A stretch of 63,705 nt of DNA, filler included, from Octopus bimaculoides (lineage: Eukaryota): assembly GCF_001194135.2 (NCBI RefSeq). It is 4 parts of 4 records of this genome, joined end to end, with 100 filler letters (N's around TTAATTAATTAA, not from the genome) between each part and the next. Parts side by side here need not be neighbours in the genome. Positions count along the whole stretch, not along the records: positions 1 to 27,630 come from NC_068982.1; positions 27,731 to 35,918 come from NC_068985.1; positions 36,019 to 62,462 come from NC_068984.1; 1 more part is not named here. One strand, written 5' to 3'. Position 1 is the first letter of the stretch; every line of letters begins with the position of its first letter. The translations under genes were made by a program, and so were the position numbers. The notes below the pieces were generated by a model that did not search any database, had not been told where the DNA came from, and saw only the letters and a list, made by a program, of their open reading frames with translations. This document shows, piece after piece, positions 23,771-37,050 of this stretch.

Positions 23771-25874
23771 TTGGAATAGTAACATTAATACACGTACAAT
23801 AAATTAGATACGTGTATATTTGATGTTTTATTATATGAATTATGTAACTGCAAAGAACTTTAAAGCAAATTTGTAGTAGGTATTACAATAAAGAAAATAA
23901 CTGATAAACGGACTCACTAAATGGCATATCCACGTATGTATCGGTTGGCCTGTGATAGATATTGATTAATGTATAATTAGATATACTTGTAATAAAATTC
24001 ACGTGTGATCTTGTACATACTCACTAGCCGTATGTATCAATTAAAAGATGTTTTGTTTGAAATGCAGATGAAAGAAATAACTTAAAACTGTCAACCTTTT
24101 TGAAATTCTTAAATACAGTTATAATGAATGCTAATTATAATACTATGAAAGTGCTGGATGAACACGACGTAAAACTGTAATTTATAAAGTTAGGTATTTT
24201 CGATCTAAACTAGAATTACAAACGAAGACTCAAAACCGTGTTTGAGTTGATGAAATGACATGGGTGTTTGTTTATCACTGGCATTAATGTATCACCGTTT
24301 TTATATTTTGGAGGATGGCTATGATGTGTCGCATTGAATATATTCCTGCTGTCGATATATCTTAGATTTCCATTGATATCGAATATAGATTAGCAACAAA
24401 GTGGTGATTATCATTCAGTATTATGTTTTCTTTTTTCTCTCCCAGCTCAGTCCGTATTCACTTATTAGGAAAATACTAACAAGATTAATAATAGACATAA
24501 CTCGAAAAATAAATTCTTACAGAGGGCTGAAACATCTATTAAACATAATTTAAACATCTATTATTTATACACCAACGCACCAACATTACAAGATATATGC
24601 ATGAAAGATAGAACCACTCCAGTTTCTTGATTGTGTTTTCTTTAATTTAATGTGATGTAAGACGAACCCTGACATTAGCTGAGAGTATTTGGAAATGTTA
24701 GTTATCACCTGACAAATGGCGTGGAAGAAGTGTGTATATCAAATGAAGACAGAAACTGTAGAAAGTGTACCTATACGTGTCTATGTGTAAGTACGTGTGT
24801 ATGCATGTGTGAATGTATGCATGTGTGAATGTATGCGTGCGCGTGTATGTGTATGTGTGTATGTGTCAGTGTGTGTGCATGTATATGCGTATGTGTGTAT
24901 GTGTCAGTGTGTGTGCATGTATATGTGTACGTGTGCATGCGTAGGATTGAACGCAGTTGTAAATGATACGTACAGGAAGGAAATTGGAGAATATCCAAGT
25001 CAATGTTAATTTACCAGATGTATGTTCTGAGGGAAATTTGCGATGCTGTGCTTTTGACTTGAAGCATAAAATCCTCTCTTACATCGAAACATTTAAAGGG
25101 AATCATGAAGTATAATTACAAGAGAAAAAAAGAGAAGCAACAGTGTTAAATAACAATGGCGTACATACATTATGTGACTAAAGTGAACAGCACATTGGGC
25201 AGATGGCGAAGCGTGTAATTTGTCAAGAACAACACACTATGGTATAAAATATTTAAATTCGAGGCTATAGTTTCCGGTTAAAAATTGCCCACATGAAACA
25301 AGACATTTCTCNNNNNNNNNNNNNNNNNNNNNNNNNNNNNNNNNNNNNNNNNNNNNNNNNNNNNNNNNNNNNNNNNNNNNNNNNNNNNNNNNNNNNNNNN
25401 NNNNNNNNNNNNNNNNNNNNNNNNNNNNNNNNNNNNNNNNNNNNNNNNNNNNNNNNNNNNNNNNNNNNNNNNNNNNNNNNNNNNNNNNNNNNNNNNNNNN
25501 NNNNNNNNNNNNNNNNNNNNNNNNNNNNNNNNNNNNNNNNNNNNNNNNNNNNNNNNNNNNNNNNNNNNNNNNNNNNNNNNNNNNNNNNNNNNNNNNNNNN
25601 NNNNNNNNNNNNNNNNNNNNNNNNNNNNNNNNNNNNNNNNNNNNNNNNNNNNNNNNNNNNNNNNNNNNNNNNNNNNNNNNNNNNNNNNNNNNNNNNNNNN
25701 NNNNNNNNNNNNNNNNNNNNNNNNNNNNNNNNNNNNNNNNNNNNNNNNNNNNNNNNNNNNNNNNNNNNNNNNNNNNNNNNNNNNNNNNNNNNNNNNNNNN
25801 NNNNNNNNNNNNNNNNNNNNNNNNNNNNNNNNNNNNNNNNNNNNNNNNNNNNNNNNNNNNNNNNNNNNNNNNNN

Positions 25875-25911
<37 letters not shown>

Positions 25912-27259
25912 TAAATACATACATATATACAAAGTGACCCAAGAGTTGGAAGTAACGCAGTTTTATTTGTAATTTGCAGATGTTATTTTACACATTGAAC
26001 GAACATATATTTCCTATGTGTATATACTGTATACGGTTGTTAGGTATTGTGAATTAAAGGCAGAATATTAACACCGTTGTGATCTTCACGCCACACTGCC
26101 TCTGTGAGTGTGTGTGTGTGCGTGTGTGTGTGTGCATCGAAGCCCTCGACGTGAAATTTGATAATATTCTTGTCACTTTCCTTGAACAACCCTTGATATT
26201 CACTGGGGCGACGAAGAAACGAACGTAGGTGTGGGAAAGAATGTATATAGGTGTGCGCACGCATGTTTCAGTGACTTTGCGTGTGAGCTAAAAAAAATTG
26301 TTCTTTGTAACAAAAGGCAATACATAATGGAGAAGAGGAGCATTTCTAAACATAATTCCTCAAGCACTGGCTGTATGTCTCAGTATCAAGGATTTCACGA
26401 AGTACCTGCATTTCCTAATGCAGACCTACGTGTCTCGCAGACATACAGTAATGCCAGGTTTTTCTCGCACAAATACGTTTTATGTTGCTTCCTTTGTTAC
26501 AGGGTGCTGGACATTTAATAATCTTACATTTCACGTTATCTTATAATCGTCGAATTTAGAAGCTTTTATACTTGTAATGTCTGTCAATGAACTTCTCTAC
26601 AGCAATGCCTATCTAGCATATTGTATAGCACATTGTATTGCTATCTGTTTCAAATTTCCTCGGTTTCGTATATGAAAGCTTCTGTACAAGAAATGCATTA
26701 TATTCTTCATATATGTTATGCAAATGTCACTTCATTGAAGAGTGTAAATGCTTGACGGGTTTCTCAGTATAGTGAGTTAGTTCAGAGTTAGTGAATTCTC
26801 ATTATGACCAAGATTGCATCAATTTTAGACTGAGGAGTGTATGAATCAGCATGATTTGACTCGTTTGGGATTTAAAAGGCAAGAAGCTAGAGATGTAGGT
26901 AATTGCGAATTCTATTCTTCCACCTCGTAAAGCATTGTTGCATTAAGAAACAATGTATATGTGTGTGTGTGTGTCCCACCGCGTGCGCTTGTGTCTCTGT
27001 GTGTACGTGTGTGTGTGTATGTGTGTGCAGCTATATGTATACATGAACACTGAGTTGTTCCGAACTAAGAAAACAGAAATATTCTAAACATGTTATAGTG
27101 TACATATGGTAGCGAAACTAAATTGTTAAAGCGTGACTTGAATTATACGCCACTGATGTCAAACTTGCGTANNNNNNNNNNTAAATTGTTAAAGCGTGAC
27201 TTGAATTATACGCCACTGATGTCAAACTTGCGTATATGCAGATAGATAGATAGATAGAT

Positions 27260-27300
<41 letters not shown>

Positions 27301-27799
27301 CATACATACATACATACATACATACATACAAACATACATACATAGTATCGCGTACATATTTAATACACAAAGGATTTAACTGTGAGGTACTATAAGCTTC
27401 ATACTATAGAAGATTAAGATACTACCCGAATATGAAACTTGCATTTAAATCTTGATTATATTAAATAATAATCTCTCGCTGGATGGCATACCTTCTTGTT
27501 GGTCCTACCAATAAGTGAGAAATCTACTCTACACGCACAAACGCCCAAACACACACACATACCAATTATATATATATGTGCATGTATAATTACATAGTTA
27601 TATACATACATATATATATATATATATATANNNNNNNNNNNNNNNNNNNNNNNNNNNNNNNNNNNNNNNNNNNNTTAATTAATTAANNNNNNNNNNNNNN
27701 NNNNNNNNNNNNNNNNNNNNNNNNNNNNNNAATAACATGGTACCATAGATACCTGAGGTAAAAAAGAATAAATAAAAATGAAAATAACAAAAAAAAATA

Positions 27800-27802
<3 letters not shown>

Positions 27803-27893
<91 letters not shown>
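27803..27893. repeat. (TAA)n microsatellite
   Basis: Directly visible. Source of the poly-N and poly-Y ORFs. Confidence 0.95.
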
Positions 27894-27895
<2 letters not shown>

Positions 27896-28431
27896 GCCTT
27901 GATGCAGTACCAGGAGAGTGGCTCTCATGGCTTCTGATCTTAATTGATTGGAAATGTTATCATGTACATTGTTTTGTCTTGGTATAAAAAGATGGGCTAC
28001 AGCAAATATTCTGCTCAATACCACAGATTTGCGTGTCAGTTGTTTGACCTTAATCGGTTGAGCATGTCTCTTGGTGGCTGACGAAATGTGCATCTCTGAT
28101 CATGAGCAGATGTAGTGGGGTAGCATAATAGCCATGTGTTAAGATGAATTGTTTGGGATTTGAATAATTCACCTTAGGAAACATGGGTGTTTTGCTCAAC
28201 ATCCTTAAAGAAACCTTATTCAGGGACCTTTTGAGAGGGATGGGCTACTCGACCTGAAGAAAATCCTAACATGCGCTGCTTATCTAGATAGGAGATCACC
28301 ATGTCGCGCACATATGGTTGTGATGCATGTGCCTGGTGTACCCTTATCAGACGGGTAGTCATGATGGGTATATTGGGCTTCGTATATTTTACCCCAGTGT
28401 CACTTTGATGGCATGCTTTGCTCTCACATAC
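27894..28431. mobile_element. ~540-bp non-coding interspersed repeat bracketed by (AAT)n
   Basis: ATGCCTTGATGCAGTACCAGG...GTCACTTTGATGGCATGC.. recalled as an abundant octopus repeat. No intact ORF. Long (TAA)n on the left and (AAT)4 on the right. Confidence 0.6.
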
Positions 28432-28442
28432 AATAATAATAA

Positions 28443-28765
28443 TAAAGAATATATTGGATCCACAGCGAATGAAATTAGAAGAAAAATTTCCCGGCATTAT
28501 CAGTCTTTCAAAAATCACAAACTAAAAAATTCGACAGATCTAAGTAAATACATATGAGAGCTAAAATCTAATGAAATAGAATACACCCATAATTGGTATA
28601 TTATTTGTAGGGCGAAGTCATATAAATTCGGTAACAAAACGTGCTTATTATATACTACAGAATTTATGAAAATACTTCAGTCGAGAGAGTTATTATTGAA
28701 CAGTATTGAAGAGAGAGGAATAAAATGCCAACATAAGTATAGCTTGACGTATAATAAAATGAATA
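28443..28765 (+). mobile_element. Penelope-like GIY-YIG endonuclease C-terminal fragment
   Basis: KEYIGSTANEIRRKISRHYQSFKNHKLKNSTDLSKYI*ELKSNEIEYTHNWYIICRAKSYKFGNKTCLLYTTEFMKIL....LLN.......KCQHK. Confidence 0.85.
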
Positions 28766-29606
28766 ACCCCTCACCCTGTATATCATATCATGCACATTTA
28801 TGACGAATATAATTACTAGAAGCTAGAATATTATTTATATACTATTATATATTAATATACTAAGAACTAAGAATTTATTAAACAATATTACCTTTAAATG
28901 AATAGACAGGCCACATTTCTCTCAAAATCTAAAATACTTTAAAAATCGATTGATAGCTAGCTTTATGAGTATAACCTATTTGTAGTTATTATCTCCCCTT
29001 GACGTCAACCTCTTTTTGATATTATTGGTTTCAGAGTATTTTTCAGAGAGTTTTATTTTATTAATGTTTGTTATTTCCGCAATACTTAGCGTCTGATAGT
29101 GGAAACGGTCATTTGCACTTGAACTAGAAGGATTAAACCTTGTGTCGTAAAGTAATCTTCCTTTTTTTTACTTTTTTCAATATTTTTTCAAATAGTTCCT
29201 AACGTAAATAGTTGTATTTACTAATTAATCTTTATTCTACACTTTTAACTCACATTTGACAGAAAATATGTTGTTTTATACTAGTATTGGCAAGGGTAAA
29301 TTTTACACTAAATTATTAATTGCTATAATATTTACTTATTTACTAGACTTGAAATGTTTCTAATTTAATCGTTAATAATTTTCTTAGGTACAGTATTTTC
29401 AATATATATCGTAATTGTACTTTAGGTATTTAATATTTCAAAAAATATATTTGAAATTTTAATTTTTAATTTTTATATGATTTTTAACTTTTAATTTTTA
29501 ATATTTACCCATTAGACAGTCCTGAAGGAAATAGAAAGACGATCACGTGAGGAAAAGAAAGATGGAGGATGGTCACGTGTGAGCAACGAGAGAGAGAGAG
29601 GGAGAT

Positions 29607-29658
<52 letters not shown>

Positions 29659-29814
29659 GGAGAAAAAAGTGAAAGAGGGGAGAGAGAGACACATAGAAAA
29701 CGGTGAAGGGGAGAAAAAGGGAATTAGAAAAAACGATGGGGAGAAAACAGTATAGAGTCACATCAAAAAGATTAAGATAAACTTGTTTGGAAATAGATGC
29801 GTGACGTTCAGTCA

Positions 29815-29853
<39 letters not shown>

Positions 29854-30249
29854 CGCACATACATACACATATAAACATGCATATATGTATACAGGACGTA
29901 TGTATATACCTATATATATATATACACATACACACACATACGAATATATATGTATATAAATTACAAATCTAAAACTAGATATATACACATATATACATAT
30001 ACAGATACATATACACATACATATACACATACACATATATACATATACACATATATACATATACACATATATACATATACACATACACATACATGCATAC
30101 ATCTACTTGTATATAGACACACACACACATACACACACATATATATATACATTCTAAAGATTATATAACAATATCACATTTAATTTTCTAAAATAGTTTA
30201 TACTTTAATAGCCAATAATCCTCGAAATAATCAATTCAACATAATTATA

Positions 30250-32750
30250 TTTTCTAAACACATATTTTTAAGAGTGTTTACACGATAAAGCACCTTCTTG
30301 TTTGTTGTTTAGAAGTTTCTTTTTTGATGTTAAAATTTGATATATTTCCTCCACATCCAGGTTACATCTATTATGGGCAATTTTATAAGATCTAGCATGA
30401 ATAAGTATTTGCCATTTAAGTTACATAATTTAATATTATCCATTAACTTCCATATAAATTTACTTGAACTGGTGCTACACAATTTATTTCTGTTTCTCAA
30501 AGTATATTCATGGTTGCAATACGTCGTTTAATAAAATTTTCAGTTGACTCAATACAAAAATAACTATTTCCTTCCGATTCTGCCCTACATGCGTATATAA
30601 GGTGATTTTGGATACAAAAATTATTTAAATAACATTTATCCTTAAACCTACAATCAAAAGTTCTAGCTACACGATTTCGACTAGGTCCATTATTAGTGTT
30701 AGCAATTAAAATATTATTATTTATATCACTGTCAAAAATATACAATTTCTTGTTATTAATCGAAGTGAAGTCGATTGATATAAGTTTTTATATACTGAAA
30801 AACCAATTCCAACCGTTTTATTATTAATTATTTCCCTTATTAAAATATTTACATATAGGTCTGTAAAAACATTTAAGCAAATTAGTTTTTATTTGTCTTG
30901 CAAAATGAATAAACCAAACATTATTGACTTTATCAAAGTTATCATTTTGAAATTTATCAAAATTAACATATGGGATATATTTTCTACTCTTAAATCTAAA
31001 CTTATTATCATTCCTATCATTGTTGTTGTTGCTGTTGTTGTTGTTATTATTATCATTATTGTTACACTTACTTAAGATATCCATATTATTGCTATTAATT
31101 TTAGAATATAGGTTAGCACTACATTTTTCTCCACTGTTACTTTGTATATTATTAGATTCAATAGTGGCCATTTTTTTAATTACAATATCATTCTTATGTT
31201 TATGAGATTTAAAAAAGTTTATTTTATTACTCACACCACTAACATTATATTTACCCAATCCGTTGTGTATCAATTTGATATTATAATGTTTGCTGTCATT
31301 ACCCTTTTTACAATACACAGTTTATGTATATATCCCGCTTTATTAAGGGCTATATTATAATATTCAGCATTACTATTGGAAATTTCCTCACTAGAAAAAT
31401 TAAATTCGTCTCGAAATATTTTAAACCTAAGGAAGTGTAATTACTTTTGGATGATTACTGTTAAAATTAATACACTTCAAGTTAGTATTAGGCCTATATT
31501 GGCCTGTAACAAAATTCAGATTAAGATCTAAATAATTAAAAGAATGATGCTCGTTTTCAATGGAAATAAATAAACCAAATCTTTTTAAAAACCCGTGAAG
31601 TCTTTTCATATACAAATCCAATTTTCTATCGGATAGGATATTAATTAAAAACAGCACATCATACCTATATATTCCACCTTTAAATTCCGGAAATTCACTA
31701 TCCAAATAAATCGGATACCTATAAGTTCAGTAACCTGTGCAGAATCAGCTGATGCCATAGATCTATTTTTAGCAAACAAAAGAGACTGATTAAGAACTGT
31801 AAGATTTATAGATGAATAATAATTATCAATATCTATTTGTATAAATTTATTTTTATTTGTATTATCTATTCCAACAAACCAATTAAGAGCCTCCTGCGTA
31901 ATTGACCATAGTTCAAGTTTCAATTTTCTAAGTGTCGGTAAATATCTAAAATACTTTTACTTAATTTACCCAGGTCAGATCGCCCTGGGAAAATTAATCT
32001 ACCTTTAGGGTTAGAATAGATGTTATCCTTATGATCTTTCAAAGTTATTCTAGGCCTCATAGGCTCAGTCCTGTCATAAAAATCATAATGTTCCATAATT
32101 TTCTTACCTTTAAGTTAATAGACCGTAAAATATTTTTACTTACTACCTCATAGTTACTATTTCATTTTTAACTAGGTCATGATATTTTAATATATCAATA
32201 TTTTAATATATCAATATTTTAATATATCAATATTTTAATATATCAATATTTTAATATATCAATATTACAAGTTGCCCGCTTTATCTGATTGGACAATAAT
32301 TCCATTTTTTGTTTAAGTTCAGATACTAAAGTTTTCAGATTCCTTAAATGTTCATCCCCCTGAGGGGATACTTAATATATTTAACATTTTTCACTATAAA
32401 CCATCCTCAAACGCCGCCAAATGGCGGTTCAGTGGTTGATATTTTTGGTTTTAAAATTTTTTGAAAGAAGTTTAACATCTTCATTTTGAGAATCAATTCT
32501 TGTTCAAATTCTTTATCATAATAAAACGTCTTCCAACGTATCCTATGTATAAATTCAGTAGCCTTGGTAGCTAAATCTTCCATATAATCCTACCTAGGGA
32601 TTACAGGAATTTCTTTTAATGAAACTTCAATTGGTAACTTCTCCATTTTACTAGCGAAAAACAGTATAAATATTATCACACAAGTAATATTTAAAATTAA
32701 ATCCAATATAAGGAAAATAGGGATGAAAACATTCAATCTATCACTGGATC
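30250..32750 (-). mobile_element. Near full-length decayed Penelope-like retroelement (YRDD-type RT, C-terminal GIY-YIG with CxC..C..C linker)
   Basis: HRIRWKTF, QSDKAGNL, WSITQEALNWF..I.N.NK..FIQIDIDNYYSSI, ADSAQVTELIGI, GIYRYDVL, SFNYLDLNL, FDCRFKDKCYLNNFC...LIY.C......YFCIESTENFIKRR, KFIWKL, LKWQILIHARSY...RCNL..EEIY, SCKH. Confidence 0.9.
32182..32266. repeat. 16-bp tandem repeat (ATATTTTAATATATCA)x5.3 inside the PLE
   Basis: Directly visible perfect copies. Confidence 0.9.
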
Positions 32751-33095
32751 TACTGTTAAATACCCAATATTTAGAGAAAAACCTTACAAATAACATGGGT
32801 GTATATTAACTTTATGAAAATATGAAAGTAGACAAATTGTAAGCATAAATATATTTGAATTGAGTCTTTTCTTGGATCTGAGAATAAAAAATTACACTGA
32901 ACAAATTCTTACAACAAACCATGGATTTAAAAGAATCGAAACAATTGTATGTAATTTGTATTTAATATTTATTATTATATTATACTATATTATCATATGA
33001 ACATGATATAATATTATATTAATAAATTCTAATTTTTGAATTGAGATTTGCATATCTCCATTTTCTATTCATATTTATATACATATATACGTACA

Positions 33096-33897
33096 ATAAG
33101 TACCCGGATTGTTACCATAGTAACGATGCACAGATATAACGCAAACTCTGCTGTGCATGCGCACTAAGGTTTGAAGTTTAGCTCACTTTCGCTGTTTACA
33201 GCAGTGCTTGGAAGGATGGTATATAGAGTGTGATCGTTATATTGGCCATGACACGGAAAGTTGTCATGGCGATACCTGCTCAGAGGCCTACTCAGAGTTG
33301 CAGAAATTGCACGGAAAGGAGTGTATGAACTGCACACAAGTGTACAAGTGGCCGAAAAAATGTCGATATTGACGAACGTTTTAGTAGACTCACAAAAGCA
33401 TAACTGAGAAAAACTTCTCAGATATGCGGGGAAGACGTCGAATAACCATCCGTGAGTTATCAAAGGATGTGCAGATTAGTTACGGTTCAGTTCAGTCCAT
33501 TATCACTGAAGATTTGTGTAAGAGACAAATGTCTACCAAGTTTGTGCCAAAACTGCTTTTAACTGACCAAAAAGACACTTGGATTTCAGTTGCACAAAAT
33601 CTCCTTGATCCTGTCGAGAAGAATGAAAACTGTTTGAGAAATTTGTGTAGGCCTCTGAGCAGGTACCGCTAAAATTTTGACAAAATTTGATGTAGTTTCT
33701 CTGTTTAACTCTTTCTCTCATTGTGAATGCGATGATCACACGCTACATACCTTCCTTCCAAGCACTGCTGTAAACAGCGGAAGTGAACTACAACGTTAAA
33801 ACTTAGTGCGCATGCACAGCAGAGTCCAAGGTAAATCTGTGCCAAGAAACATCACTCTCCGTGCTTTAGTTTCGTTACTATAGTAACCGTCCGGATT

Positions 33898-33902
<5 letters not shown>
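33096..33902. mobile_element. Non-autonomous mariner with inverted duplication of its 5' end
   Basis: Ends ATAAG..CCGGA..GTTAC.ATAGTAACGA on both strands. Arms of about 200 bp are inverted. The internal plus frame encodes the HTH RRRITIRELSKDVQISYGSVQSIITEDL...STKFVPKLL, and the minus arm encodes the N-terminus MRERVKQRNYIKFCQ..GTCSEAY. Confidence 0.9.
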
Positions 33903-33946
<44 letters not shown>

Positions 33947-34149
33947 GGGTGAGTTTCTATGCGTGTATACGTGTGTGCGCGTATGTGAGTGAATATGTAT
34001 AGTCGCGTGGATTTTCCAGTGCCCTGGCATGGGTAGTGTGATGTATATGTGTTCGGTGTGTGTGTATAAGTGCGTGTACATGGAGGCTTGTGTGTGTTCA
34101 TATGTGGTTACTTATTATGTGCGCCCCATGGTGGATGCAGAATTGAGTG

Positions 34150-35560
34150 TTAGGGCGTGCACAATGCCATGAAGGCCAGACTGCATAGACGTTGGAGGTT
34201 GGTTGTTGACGGCCCTGCTCTTGGAGGTTTGTGACGGTATCTTTGGTGCAACTAGTGCTGGTGTCGTTTGCGGATGCAGAGCTGGTGAATACGAGCGCCA
34301 GGTGAGTAAGGTGACAGCCTGTCAACTATGGTCCATTTGATGCTGGACGTTTTATTTTGGAGGTCATGGAGTCTTTACAGGAAGTGAGACAGAGAAATGG
34401 TGGTCTCGCTGTCCCTGCATCTAATCAAGTGTATGTGCTGTATCTTCCCTTGAAATCATTGGTTGTCACACCCGTATAGTGTGTTGTGAGGCTATTAGAT
34501 GGTGTGAGAATGCTATTGTAGACTATGGCATGTGAGAGGCAAGAAATCCTCGAGGACAGCTGGTAGGGTGTTGGAAGTCTCAGGTTGTGGTTGAAAGTTG
34601 TGCATATGCATTATTGTGTCTGTTGAAGCATGAAATGTTAGATGCGATGTTGTGTAAGCAGAAGTAGTTCATCTTGACCTTGTGGCGGTTATAGAGCTTG
34701 TAATATTTGTGGCCTCTGGGAAACCACTTCTGAATTAACGACAGGAAGCCCCTACCTATGTTAGTAGACACTTCGTGGTTGAACAGAGGGTTGAACCAGA
34801 GTTTTCTTCTTCCTGATCCTCTTGGGGCGTGAGGAGAGTTTTCTGGTCCTCCATATACGTACGCTTCTCAATGAACCCGATCCTTGTCAAAGCATCATTT
34901 TAGTGGAGAGCGGCTATCAAAGATCTCCATACCGGCTAAGAGCTTGGATATTCTTCTACTAACTCCTGAGACAAGGTTTCTAATTATAGCAGAGGATAGT
35001 CTGAGCTCATGTAGATATATACTGCTTCTCCATGAGGTTTCTTGCACGGGTAGTACTTACCCACGTTCAGGTCTAAGATTGTTGGTAACCGTTATGGACA
35101 AGCCGAATTCTTTGAATATTTTTTAAGTACTTCCTCAACTTGGCGCGAGCGTTCATATAGCTGGAGATTGTCAGTCCGTCGTCCCTATAAAGGGCCGACT
35201 TATGTGGATGTGTGCGTGTCTTGAGGATGTCTAAGATGAATAAACCAACAAGTTCGGCGATCTCATCACCGCTGTATCTCCTCACGGTGACATTGAACAA
35301 TAGATCGCCTTTTTTTTGTTTTTTGTAGAAGACGTGGTGGACAAGGATTGATTTTCTAGCGTTCATGATGATTCTGACACCGAGATCACTTATGCTAGTG
35401 AATCGTTCAGCAACATTTAAGGCCTTGATGAGGAGGGCTTTTGATGTAGAAGGCTAGACGTTGACGATGTCAAATTGAGTGAATCTATAGGCTGATTCAT
35501 TCTCAATACCACGGAACCAGTCGATCACCGCTGCGTTGGAATCTCATTAAGTCAATTCTG
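34150..35560 (-). mobile_element. Decayed Penelope-like retroelement (RT domains 3-7, thumb, GIY-YIG)
   Basis: AVIDWFRGIENE..YRFTQFDIV...PS..KALL, MNARKS, LFNVTVRRYSGDEIAELVGLFILDIL...SALYRDDGL, TNIGRGFLSLIQKWFPRGHKYYKLYNRHKVKMNYFCLHN, AIVYNS...HYTGVTTNDFKGRY, IKWTIVDRLSPYSPG...LC. Confidence 0.9.
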
Positions 35561-35593
35561 TAACCCTTGATGGTATCTAGAATACGCTTACTA

Positions 35594-35596
<3 letters not shown>

Positions 35597-35624
<28 letters not shown>

Positions 35625-35721
35625 TGTATGTATGTATGTATGCATGTACGTATGTATGCATGTATGTATGTATGTATGTATGTATGTATGTATGTATGTA
35701 TCTATCTATCTATCTATCTAT
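35597..35721. repeat. (TATG)n/(TATC)n microsatellite
   Basis: Directly visible. Confidence 0.95.
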
Positions 35722-35723
35722 AA

Positions 35724-35888
35724 GCGCAGACGTAGCTGTGTGGTAAGAAGCTTGCAAGCAAACCACATGGTTTCGGGTTCAGTCCCACTGCGTGATACCT
35801 TGGGATAGTGTCTTCTTCTATAGCCTCAGACACACCAAAGTCTTGTGAGTGGATTTGGTAGAAAGAAACTGAAAGAAGCTCGTCGTAT
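35724..35888 (+). mobile_element. OK-like SINE 5' module
   Basis: GCGCAGACGTAGCTGTGTGGTAAGAAGCTTGC (A box), GGGTTCAGTCCCAC (B box), CCTTGGG..AGTGTCTTCT.CTATAGCCTC...CCAAAG.CTTGTGAGTGGATTTGGTAGA.. Ends at (TA)n and a gap. Confidence 0.85.
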
Positions 35889-36101
35889 ACATATATATGT
35901 ATATATATATATATATATNNNNNNNNNNNNNNNNNNNNNNNNNNNNNNNNNNNNNNNNNNNNTTAATTAATTAANNNNNNNNNNNNNNNNNNNNNNNNNN
36001 NNNNNNNNNNNNNNNNNNGATCACACAGGTTGTAATCCTTTGAAACATATGTAGGAATAAAGTATGCAATTATAACATGCGTTTTCTCCAATCCTTAAAT
36101 T

Positions 36102-36143
<42 letters not shown>

Positions 36144-36184
36144 CATAAATATATGCAAGTATGATTACATATGCATGTTAATGC

Positions 36185-36350
36185 CTTTGGCATAGCCTAG
36201 TAGTTAAAAAGGTCATTTCAAAAACATGACGATATGCTTCGATTCCGCTCTAAGGCATCTTGTGTAGCTGTCTCGTACAATAGCTCTGCATCAAGCAAAG
36301 ACTTTTGCGTAAAACTGGGCAGACAGAAGCTGTGAGGAAGCTCACCCAAT
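36185..36350 (+). mobile_element. Strongly diverged OK-like SINE 5' module
   Basis: GCATAGCCTAGTAGTTAAAAAG...GCTTCGATTCC...GGCATCTTG...GCTGTCT...AATAGCTC...CAAAGAC.TTTG.G...ACTGGGCAGACAGAAGCTG..AGGAAGCTC is colinear with 35724-35888. Confidence 0.45.
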
Positions 36351-37050
36351 CAATAATTCAAATATCGTTTCCCCCTAATTTTGTCTGACAATTACATAAA
36401 AGTGCAAGTAACATTGGAATATTCAACCAGTTCAAACGTTAATGCAATGAGTTGGCAGTTCAGTTGATTTAAAAGCGAGCGAGAAAAGCGACAGTAGTCC
36501 ATCTATTTCTCTCGCTACGCAGCTTGCGCGCGTGCGTATGTGAGGGAGACGTGGAATTAGGAGAAAAGAAATGAAGAAAAGAGACAAATAAGGTAATGGT
36601 GAGAGAGCACGAATGTGGGTTGACAGTGTAGCAATATATGTTGTAATGTAATATATAATTGCCTGGCAATCATTTGTACTATTTTTGAATTTCTTTACAA
36701 ACATAAACTCAGACACACGCATATGTTCCTGTCCACATGCGCACACACACGCACACATACATGCATACACACAAACACACACATGCGCGCACATACACAC
36801 ACGCGCGCACATACGTGCGCACCTACACACGGGTACACGTGCATATGCATGTCTGGGTATCTGAATGTGTTTGAGTATCCATGTGTATGCATCTATGTGA
36901 ATGTGTCATTATAATTTCTGCATTTCTATTTATTTTGCTCATCTTATTTAATGCATATTTAATGAAATTCATGAATCATTAGATTGAAATGCGAATATGA
37001 ACGCGTACACGCACCCAAACACATACATTTATGCATACATTAATTAGGTT

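Noticed and set aside
27117-27234. ~53-bp exact tandem duplication split by 10 N
   Set aside because: Same artefact type. It is not a CRISPR repeat or a true duplication.
27675-27686. TTAATTAATTAA islands inside N runs (also ~35963 and ~62507)
   Set aside because: Identical 12-mer with stops in all six frames, embedded in gaps. It is a scaffolding linker, not biology.
32182-32266. Regular 16-bp repeats as a possible CRISPR-like array
   Set aside because: Head-to-tail with no spacers: an ordinary minisatellite inside a PLE.
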